NCBI GenBank assembly: GCA_030765785.1
Contig: JAVCCC010000028.1
Coordinates: 2,826 to 66,825, forward strand
Direction: 5' to 3'
DNA length: 64,000 nt
Source: Candidatus Aceula lacicola
GTDB lineage: Bacteria; Omnitrophota; Gorgyraeia; Zapsychrales; Aceulaceae
Shown: one piece after another, positions 22,462 through 29,995 of the stretch
How the letters are laid out: every line of letters starts with the position of its first letter
Position numbering within the stretch: position 1 is the stretch's first letter
Position numbers and translations under genes: made by a program
Notes under the pieces: generated by a model
Told to the model about the DNA's origin: nothing
The model's database searches: none
The model's input: only the letters and a program-made list of their open reading frames with translations

Positions 22462-23256
22462 ATGTGGATTGAAAATATCGTCTTAGGCATCACGCAAGGC
22501 ATCGCAGAATGGCTCCCGATAAGCTCCGAAGGACTTATTACTCTGATCAAAATAAAATTCTTTTCGGACCATCACTTTTTTTCTATTATCAAGCTTGCTT
22601 TATTTTTGCATCTCGGAACATGCTTTGCCGCGTTCATCTATTTTTGGAAAGATGTTGTATCTCTTTCAAAAACACTTTTCTTTTATAATGCTGCTGATGA
22701 AGAAAACAAGAAGACTCTGACCTTCCTAATCATATCATCAACAATAAGCTGCCTTTTAGGCCTTATCATAATCCTTCTTGTTTCAAAAATCGCCAATCAA
22801 ATGCTTTTATCTGGAAAAATCATGACGTTTGGAATAGGAATTCTGCTTCTTATAACAGCATTTCTACAATTAAAAACAAGAAAAGAAGGCTTTAAGAATG
22901 TTCGAGATTTAAGAAAAATTGATGCTGTTGTCTTAGGCTTCGTCCAAGGATTTGCTGCTCTTCCTGGGCTATCTCGCTCCGGATCAACCATCGCCACCTT
23001 GCTTCTAAGACAATTTGACAAAACAACTTCACTAAAACTAAGTTTCTTAATGAGCCTTCCCGTCGTCTTAATTGGGAATATTTTCTTAGGAATAAAACAT
23101 TTTGAATTTACTTTTGAATCGCTGGCAGGATTTTTCTTTTCTTTTGCTTTTGGACTCCTAACAATCCACATTTTATTTAAAATTGCTAATAAGATTAATT
23201 TTGGCTATTTTGTCCTCGGATTTGGAATCTTAACGATAATTTCAGTTTTCATATAA
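22462..23256 (+). CDS. uppP: undecaprenyl-diphosphate phosphatase
   Basis: QGIAEWLPISSEG, HLGT, PGLSRSGST. Confidence 0.93.
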   Translation: MWIENIVLGITQGIAEWLPISSEGLITLIKIKFFSDHHFFSIIKLALFLHLGTCFAAFIYFWKDVVSLSKTLFFYNAADEENKKTLTFLIISSTISCLLGLIIILLVSKIANQMLLSGKIMTFGIGILLLITAFLQLKTRKEGFKNVRDLRKIDAVVLGFVQGFAALPGLSRSGSTIATLLLRQFDKTTSLKLSFLMSLPVVLIGNIFLGIKHFEFTFESLAGFFFSFAFGLLTIHILFKIANKINFGYFVLGFGILTIISVFI

Positions 23257-23285
23257 AAAAGACCCATCTTTTAGATGGATCTTTC
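23255..23285. terminator. probable terminator between convergent uppP and tRNA-Glu
   Basis: Imperfect hairpin AAAGA-CCCATCT-ttt-AGATGG-ATCTTT with an A-tract on the left. Confidence 0.5.
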
Positions 23286-23289
23286 ATTT

Positions 23290-23366
23290 TGGTAGCCCCA
23301 ACGAGATTTGAACTCGTGTTTTATGGCTGAGAACCATATGTCCTGACCAGGCTAGACGATGGGGCC
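23290..23366 (-). tRNA. tRNA-Glu(CTC)
   Basis: GGCCCCATCGTCTAGCCTGGTCAGGAC...TATGG-TTCTCAG-CCATA...GTTCAAATC...GGGGCTACCA cloverleaf with encoded CCA. Confidence 0.95.
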
Positions 23367-23631
23367 AAATATGTTATTAATCCCGACACTCTTACATTCA
23401 GGATAGATTTTTAATCTAAACTGCTCATCTTTTTTGAAGAATAAAAACAACCGAATAAACCCCGCTTTGCGGGGTCATCTACTCACCTTTTAAAAAGCAT
23501 TTAAGATAAGTAAATAAAATAATACCATATCTTTCTAGATGGTCAACAAAAAATTATTAACCCCAGCTCTCATTCAAAAAACTTTTTCCCCACCTTCTCT
23601 GAATAAGAAATCTTCTAAAACAGAATTAAGG

Positions 23632-23660
23632 TTGACACTCCAAAATCTACCCTTTACTAT
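23632..23660 (+). promoter_or_regulatory. sigma70-type promoter for the FIST-HK-DGC module
   Basis: TTGACA-17 nt-TACTAT, 43 nt before the ATG at 23704. Confidence 0.65.
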
Positions 23661-23703
23661 AGATTGTACAAATTTTATTAACTAATATTAATATTCTTAT
23701 TTT

Positions 23704-24906
23704 ATGTCTATTCAAATCGGTATCGGCTTTAGTAAAGATGAGAGTCCTTTTCGCGCAGCGCAAGACGCCGCTATTCAAGCTAAAATTCAAACAAAAGAAG
23801 TCCCCGTTCAACTTGTTGTCGTTTTTTCGACAATCCACTATAGCCGAATTGAAGCTCTAAATGTTATCAAAGAAACATTTCCTGAAGCTAAAATCATAGG
23901 ATGCTCAACAAGCGGCCTTATTCTTTCTAAAACAATTGAAACTTGGGGCATTTCCATATTAGCCATCGGATCAAAAGATCTTCATTTTGGCATTAGTTGC
24001 GTCAAAAACATAAGCAAAGATAAAATCAATTTAATTTCTGAAGAGCTCGCCCAAAAAGCAACCAAAAACTTTGGCCTAGATCGTCGACAAGTATCCTTAC
24101 TGCTAACCGATGGGCTTTCTCAAAATAATTCTCTGCTTCTTAAGGGAATGCAAAAATCTTTAGGACTCCTCTCTCCGATCCTCGGTGCTGGCAGCAGCGA
24201 TAACTTTCAATCAAAAAAAACATATCAATACTTTGAGAATGAAGTTTTAACAGACTCCGCGATTGCCGTTATTATGGGCGGACAAATCGCCACCGGATTT
24301 TCTAGCCAACACGGATGGAAACCTTTGGGAAAACCACGTATTATTACAAAAGCAAAAAAAAATATTATCAAAGAAATTAACAATAAAAAAGCTATCTCGC
24401 TTTATGAAGAATTCTTTGCTGATCAAGCCGTGTCTCTTTTTTCAAGTCGGTTAAATCGTATGCGTGATTTTTATCCCTTAGGCATGCTTATCGAAGGTGA
24501 AAAAAAATATCTGTTACAACAAGTTGTCAGCGTCACAGATACCGGTGAGCTCGTTTGCCAAGGGGAAATTCCAGAAGGAACAGAAGTCCATATCATGATC
24601 GGAAACAAAGATTCTTGCCGCCATTCTGCTCTTAATGCGGCCTGCGAGGTGAAAGAATCTCTTTTTGGCAGAACTCCTGATCTTGTTCTTGTCTTTGAAT
24701 CCGCTTCTCGGCAAAAATTATTAGGCCGTAATATCTTTCAAGAAATCCAAATTATCAAAGAAGTTTTAGGAGAAAGTGTTCCCATTTTTGGAATGTACTG
24801 CTACGGTGAATTCGCTCCCCTAGGAACACCCGGGCAAGCAAGCCAGTCTTTTTTGCAAAATGAAACAATATCCATCTTAGCTATTGAACACCATAAGGTT
24901 TATTAG
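23704..24906 (+). CDS. FIST N/C domain sensory protein
   Basis: IIGCSTSG, LLTDGL, GAGSSD, HGWKPLG, GMYCYGEFAP. Confidence 0.9.
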   Translation: MSIQIGIGFSKDESPFRAAQDAAIQAKIQTKEVPVQLVVVFSTIHYSRIEALNVIKETFPEAKIIGCSTSGLILSKTIETWGISILAIGSKDLHFGISCVKNISKDKINLISEELAQKATKNFGLDRRQVSLLLTDGLSQNNSLLLKGMQKSLGLLSPILGAGSSDNFQSKKTYQYFENEVLTDSAIAVIMGGQIATGFSSQHGWKPLGKPRIITKAKKNIIKEINNKKAISLYEEFFADQAVSLFSSRLNRMRDFYPLGMLIEGEKKYLLQQVVSVTDTGELVCQGEIPEGTEVHIMIGNKDSCRHSALNAACEVKESLFGRTPDLVLVFESASRQKLLGRNIFQEIQIIKEVLGESVPIFGMYCYGEFAPLGTPGQASQSFLQNETISILAIEHHKVY

Positions 24907-24955
24907 TATATTAAATCAAGAAGCTATTAAGAATCTTTACTTTAAAATATAATTT

Positions 24956-26497
24956 ATGCTAAATATCACAAGTTCTTCTGTCGACCTTACCTTTTTTGCG
25001 ATTATCGGAATTGCCATCCTGACGATGATCGCAGCGCTAGTTTTTGTTCTTATCAACAAAATCGATCAGGTTAAAGAGCTACGCTCCGCTCTAAAAAAAC
25101 TTAAGCTGTCATTTAACAATTTGGACGAGCAGGCAAAGCTTATCTTAAAGACCGATCTCGAGCTTAACCGCGCACAAGAAGAGCTGGATAAACGTCTCGC
25201 CAGCCTTGATGCGCTTCAAAGAACATCACGTCTTATCAGCACAACTTTGGATGAGGCTGAAATCTTTCGAAGACTTGACAAATCCCTCATGCTTCAACTC
25301 GGTTTTGAACAAATCCTTGTTTTTATTCTTGATAAGAAAAAGAATTTAATTCCGCGCGTCAATTCTGGATTCTCAGACTCTAAAATTCAAGAAGCTTCCG
25401 ACCAACTTTTAAAAGATACATCTTTTTCTTCTTTGTTTAAAGAAGGCTATGCTCTTTCTTCTGCAACAACATCTAAAGCAAAAAAAGAAAAAATCATCGC
25501 TTTCTTTGGAGCAAGCAATTTTATTCTCTCTCCTATCTTGACACAAGATGGAACCATTGGCGTTATCTTCGTCGGAAATCAAAACGAAACACAAACAATG
25601 TCTGAAGCGGATGAAGAAATGATTTCCATCCTAACAAATCAAATCGGCCAATCTCTTGAGAACGCACAACTTTTTGAACAAGTCTACAAATCTCGACAAG
25701 AACTAGAATCAAGAATTCAAGAGAGAACCAGACAGCTTGCCTCTGCCTTAGAAAAAGTGCAAAAAATTAGCCGAACAAAAACCGAGTTCGTTTCAGCAGT
25801 TTCTCATGAGCTAAGAACTCCTTTGACATCTATCAAGGGGTACGCGTCGATTCTTATGACAGGAAAGCTCGGAGAAATTCCAGATAAAGTTAAAGAACGA
25901 CTAGAAAAAATTAACAAGCATTCCGACAACCTCGTCGAACTGATTAATGAACTTTTAGATATTTCTCGAATTGAGTCTGGACGCGTTGATATGAAATTTG
26001 AGAAAATACCTGTTAAAAGCTTAATAGAAAATGCACGTGATCTCTTGATGCTACAGATGAAAGAAAAACAAATCACATTCTCTTGTGAAATAGCAGAAAA
26101 AACTCCAAATATTTTGATTGATCAAAAACAAATTGAACGTGTTTTTATTAATCTTTTAAGCAATGCTATTAAATATACCCCAAATGGAAAAATAAACATC
26201 AAGGCCTCCCACAACGAAAAAGAAGTCCTTTTCGAAATCGAAGATACTGGATCGGGCATTAAGGCAGACGATCTTCCTCGTCTTTTCGATGAATTTTATC
26301 GAGTTGATGACGAGCTTAACCAAAATATCAAGGGAACGGGCTTAGGTCTCTCTTTAGCCAAGCATATTATCACAGCTCACCAAGGAGAAATATGGGTCAC
26401 CAGCGAAATCGGCATTGGAACAACATTTCATTTTACAATTCCTATTGATCGAAAAAATGAAAACCTTGATCAAGAAAAAGAAATTCTAAATTCATAA
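24956..26497 (+). CDS. membrane-anchored GAF sensor histidine kinase
   Basis: N-terminal [17 protein letters not shown]-box, [22 protein letters not shown]. Confidence 0.93.
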   Translation: MLNITSSSVDLTFFAIIGIAILTMIAALVFVLINKIDQVKELRSALKKLKLSFNNLDEQAKLILKTDLELNRAQEELDKRLASLDALQRTSRLISTTLDEAEIFRRLDKSLMLQLGFEQILVFILDKKKNLIPRVNSGFSDSKIQEASDQLLKDTSFSSLFKEGYALSSATTSKAKKEKIIAFFGASNFILSPILTQDGTIGVIFVGNQNETQTMSEADEEMISILTNQIGQSLENAQLFEQVYKSRQELESRIQERTRQLASALEKVQKISRTKTEFVSAVSHELRTPLTSIKGYASILMTGKLGEIPDKVKERLEKINKHSDNLVELINELLDISRIESGRVDMKFEKIPVKSLIENARDLLMLQMKEKQITFSCEIAEKTPNILIDQKQIERVFINLLSNAIKYTPNGKINIKASHNEKEVLFEIEDTGSGIKADDLPRLFDEFYRVDDELNQNIKGTGLGLSLAKHIITAHQGEIWVTSEIGIGTTFHFTIPIDRKNENLDQEKEILNS

Positions 26498-26512
26498 AAG
26501 GCTAAAAAATAA

Positions 26513-27442
26513 ATGAATCAACTAAAAATTTTAACTATTGATGATGACCCAGATATCCTAGATGTTTTAGAATTAACATTATCAGAAGATTATATTGTCT
26601 TTCAGGGATCCAACGGCGAAGAAGGCCTAACACTTGCCAAAACCCACTCTCCCGACCTTATTATTACAGATTATAAAATGCCGGTGATGGACGGCCGTCA
26701 ATTTTGTCGATTAATTAAAAAAGACATTTTATTACAGCACACGCCGATCATTATGCTCACCGGAAAAGGTGAAGTACGAGACAAGGTTGGCGGACTTGAG
26801 GCCGGCGCAGATGATTATCTTGTGAAACCATTTGAACCTAACGAACTTTTAGCCAGAATTCGTATGATTCTAAGACGTACCAAGCGAAGCCTTGATGCCA
26901 ACCCCCTAACGCGTCTCCCCGGAAACAATTCTATTATGGATGAGCTGCAATATCGCATTCAATCTCAAAAACCATTTGCTGTTGGTTACGCAGATTTAGA
27001 CAAATTTAAAGCCTATAACGACACTTATGGATTTGAGAAAGGCGATGAAATTATTAAAGAAACAGCTCGTATTGTCATTAACGCAACCCAAGAAAAAGGG
27101 GATAGAGAAACTTTCGTAGGCCATATTGGTGGCGATGATTTTGTTTTTATCTGCGAGGATGATATCGCTGACGCTATCTCGCAAGAAATAATCAAACAGT
27201 TTGATGCGAAAGCGCCTCTTTTTTACAACGAAAAAGATCGCGAAAAAGGCTATATCGTCGCAAAAAACAGACAAGGCGAACAGGTCAAGATTGGGCTTCT
27301 AGCTATTTCAATTGGAATTGTAAGTAGTCGTAAACAAGAAATTAAACACATCGCTCAAGTTGCTGAAATTGGAGCTGAATTAAAGAAATATGCAAAAAGC
27401 ATTGAAGGAAGCTCTTTTGTAAGGGATCAAAGAGCCGAATAA
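26513..27442 (+). CDS. response regulator with a diguanylate cyclase (GGDDF) domain
   Basis: REC domain (DDD, D, K); ANPLTRLPGN, DLDKFKAYND, GHIGGDDF. Confidence 0.9.
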   Translation: MNQLKILTIDDDPDILDVLELTLSEDYIVFQGSNGEEGLTLAKTHSPDLIITDYKMPVMDGRQFCRLIKKDILLQHTPIIMLTGKGEVRDKVGGLEAGADDYLVKPFEPNELLARIRMILRRTKRSLDANPLTRLPGNNSIMDELQYRIQSQKPFAVGYADLDKFKAYNDTYGFEKGDEIIKETARIVINATQEKGDRETFVGHIGGDDFVFICEDDIADAISQEIIKQFDAKAPLFYNEKDREKGYIVAKNRQGEQVKIGLLAISIGIVSSRKQEIKHIAQVAEIGAELKKYAKSIEGSSFVRDQRAE

Positions 27443-27453
27443 ATCGCACCTTC

Positions 27454-28137
27454 TTACTGCACACAAATCGTCACCTTAGCATCGTCGCCATTACAATCTC
27501 CACTACACCATTTAACAACAGGTCCATAGTCTTTTCCGGAAATGCTGGCTGGACAGTCCACATAAGTGTGATGCTCTTCTACTGGATATGCTTTAAAGGT
27601 TACTCCTGTTAATCCAGCAATGTTCGCTAAGTAAGGATCCATGCAAAGAGTGATTTTATCATCATCATCACTGCCATCACCACTAACCCAGCGAACAAGT
27701 AGATCCGTTCCAGCAGGGCAATTTGCAATACCCATATCGTCATCCTTGGGATAAGCAGATCCTCCAAGCTCTTTGTTGCAACACAACGTCATTGTAGAAT
27801 CATGACCCTCACATTCACCCTCACACCAATGAGCAAATTCGTACAGCCCTCCAACCCCATCTGAACAAGAAGCGTAGTTCGGAGTAGTGCCTCCCCAATA
27901 TTCCAAAGGATAGGCCTTACAAACTAAAGGCGGCGGGACAGGCGGGTCTTTCAGTTCTGTAACCGCATCTCCCATAATTTCTGTTTGAACCTTTTCAAAA
28001 TAATTCGTCATAGGGTCTCGGACATCGCCCCCTGTTTGAAAAAATGTTTTAAACCCCCAAAAAGCCACTAACCCACAAATGGTTAGAAGCAAAAGATACT
28101 CAATGGCAATTTGCCCTTTAAAAAGTTTATTTTTCAT
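27454..28137 (-). CDS. class III (Flp/pilin-like) signal peptide protein with a Pro linker and three Cys-rich repeats
   Basis: KG|QIAIEY followed by a hydrophobic helix; DPPVPPP; repeats of AYP..C..W..G...D...T.C. Confidence 0.7.
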   Translation of the reverse strand: MKNKLFKGQIAIEYLLLLTICGLVAFWGFKTFFQTGGDVRDPMTNYFEKVQTEIMGDAVTELKDPPVPPPLVCKAYPLEYWGGTTPNYASCSDGVGGLYEFAHWCEGECEGHDSTMTLCCNKELGGSAYPKDDDMGIANCPAGTDLLVRWVSGDGSDDDDKITLCMDPYLANIAGLTGVTFKAYPVEEHHTYVDCPASISGKDYGPVVKWCSGDCNGDDAKVTICVQ

Positions 28138-28165
28138 AATGAAATGCTCTCCACTTTTAAGTATA

Positions 28166-28876
28166 TCATATTCTCAAGCTTTTAAGATACTTGACCGTTT
28201 CTTTCGGTTTTGAAGAACTAAAGAAATAACTAGCTGTCGCAAGAATATTAGCTCCCGCCTTAACGGCTTCTGGTGCAGTTAGCTCGTTAATGCCGCCATC
28301 CACCGCGATATCTTTATCAAAAATATCTCTTAAGCCCTGAATTTTCGCAAGTGCTACTGGCATAAACTTCTGCTTTGCAAACCCTGGATTAACCGACATC
28401 ACCAAAACGCCATCGGCCTGCTCTAAAACACCCTGAATACAAATAGGGCTAGATGGATTTAAAACAACAAAGGCCTTTTTGCCGTTGTCCTGAATTCTTT
28501 GAATATCTTTCCTAAGCTTTGATATATTAATAGCATCAACTTGCCGAGTATACCCATCTGCCTCTTTTGTCAAATGGCCATCAAGCGCATAACACTCTGC
28601 ATGCAAAGATATTGAATCTGTTCCTACTTTTAAAAAAGAATCGATATACGCGCTTGGATTCTCAATCATAAGATGCGCTTCAATCGGAAGCTTTGTAATC
28701 GGACGAATAGCTTCTACAATAAGCGCACCAACGGTAATATTCGGAACAAAATGACCGTCCATAACATCAATGTGCAGCATGTCAACACCAGATTCTTCAC
28801 ACATTTTAATTTCATTAGCTAAATTTGCAAAATCAGCACATAAAATACTAACGCTAACTTTAATTTCCTTACTCAT
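28166..28876 (-). CDS. rpe: ribulose-phosphate 3-epimerase
   Basis: LHIDVMDGHFVPNIT, HLMI, MSVNPGF, VDGGIN. Confidence 0.95.
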   Translation of the reverse strand: MSKEIKVSVSILCADFANLANEIKMCEESGVDMLHIDVMDGHFVPNITVGALIVEAIRPITKLPIEAHLMIENPSAYIDSFLKVGTDSISLHAECYALDGHLTKEADGYTRQVDAINISKLRKDIQRIQDNGKKAFVVLNPSSPICIQGVLEQADGVLVMSVNPGFAKQKFMPVALAKIQGLRDIFDKDIAVDGGINELTAPEAVKAGANILATASYFFSSSKPKETVKYLKSLRI

Positions 28877-28934
28877 TGATCTCCTTTAAATGAGCACATA
28901 ACTTACGCGACTATCAAGGAGCGCTAAGTTATTA

Positions 28935-29020
28935 GTGCGAATTTATCCCATACCCGAAGGGTATCGGGATATTAACCGTTTAGATTTTCAACCCTTATCC
29001 CCACACGTGAAGCGTGTTGG
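28935..29020. repeat. two REP-like bulged hairpins (28946-28969 and 28999-29020)
   Basis: TCCC-ATACCC-GAA-GGGTAT-C-GGGA and CCCC-ACACGT-GAA-GCGTGT-T-GG; related to the inverted copy at 52734-52768. Confidence 0.65.
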
Positions 29021-29040
29021 AATTCTTTAATAAATAAATT

Positions 29041-29742
29041 TTAACCTTCTGCGCCTGCTTTGCTTTTTAAATCTTGATACAGGTAATAACTAAAAATCAT
29101 TGCATAAATACCGAGTGCTATTTTAACAGCTTCATTGATAATAAATCCAACATATGGAATCAGAACCATAAAAGAAGAAATAATGGAAATCAAAAGCGCA
29201 ACGCCCATTAGCGCAAGCATTTTAAGCAAAAATTCTTTTAGATTAGCCTTAATGACGGATTTGCTAAGAACCAGCGCTTCATTTCCCCTCTTCTCGTCGA
29301 GAATAACCGACAATTGTGAAAAGCTATATAAAACAGAAAAAATGATACCTGGAATAATCAAAAGCAGCGACCATAAAAGCACTTTGATAAAAACAATGAC
29401 AGACACAACCGCAAACGGCTTTAAGACGCCTCTTGCTTCTTTATACATTTCCATGCCACTAACCGCTTGACCTTGCGCAGCATTATGAATTGTTTTAATA
29501 AGAGCAATCGAATAAAGCAATGCAAACAGAGTAATAGCTATAAACGCAATCCCTGAAACTAAAATGGAGATGACAAAAAAACCTCCATCAGCTGATTTTA
29601 AAAACGTAAAAATTCCACCACCTAACAAAATTAATACAACCATTGGAACAAAAAAGATGAAAAAAACAATAGAAAAAACTTTAATATTCTTTAAAAATAA
29701 ATCATAACTTTTTTTAAAAATAGCGCTAAAATTTTCTTCCAC
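29041..29742 (-). CDS. hypothetical polytopic membrane protein (YciC / GDPD membrane domain-like)
   Basis: About 5-6 TM helices; LLLIIPGII...EALVLSK motif. Confidence 0.7.
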   Translation of the reverse strand: MEENFSAIFKKSYDLFLKNIKVFSIVFFIFFVPMVVLILLGGGIFTFLKSADGGFFVISILVSGIAFIAITLFALLYSIALIKTIHNAAQGQAVSGMEMYKEARGVLKPFAVVSVIVFIKVLLWSLLLIIPGIIFSVLYSFSQLSVILDEKRGNEALVLSKSVIKANLKEFLLKMLALMGVALLISIISSFMVLIPYVGFIINEAVKIALGIYAMIFSYYLYQDLKSKAGAEG

Positions 29743-29831
29743 GTCATGCCCCTTTCTTTAAAATGTACATATATTTATTTGATAAAGTATTATACCTTAT
29801 TATAAAGCACGCCGCCACTCCTGCGACAATT

Positions 29832-29862
29832 AAAAAGGCTTAGATTTTATCTAAGCCTTTTT
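29832..29862. terminator. bidirectional intrinsic terminator downstream of tRNA-Leu
   Basis: AAAAAGGCTTAGAT-ttt-ATCTAAGCCTTTTT perfect inverted repeat. Confidence 0.85.
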
Positions 29863-29946
29863 TGGTGCGCGGGGTGGGACTTGAACCCACACGGATTACT
29901 CCACACGCCCCTCGAACGTGCGCGTATACCATTCCGCCACCCGCGC
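29863..29946 (-). tRNA. tRNA-Leu(GAG), with C at position 33
   Basis: GCGCGGGTGGCGGAATGGTATACGCG-CACGT-TCGAGGG-GCGTG, long variable arm, GGTTCAAGTCC, CCCGCGC-A-CCA (discriminator A73). Confidence 0.92.
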
Positions 29947-29995
29947 ATAAACTATCACTATAGCCACTCTTTAAAATTTTTCAACCCAAGAACTT

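Noticed and set aside
26513-27442. REC-GGDEF protein as a Hypr-type 3',3'-cGAMP synthase
   Set aside because: The specificity position reads YNDTYGFEKGD (Asp), as in ordinary diguanylate cyclases, not the Ser/Thr of Hypr enzymes.
27440-27449. TAAATCGCAC at the cyclase/pilin junction as a scar of the REP-like flank TAAATTCGCAC
   Set aside because: Only 10 nt with an indel and no hairpin; compatible with chance.
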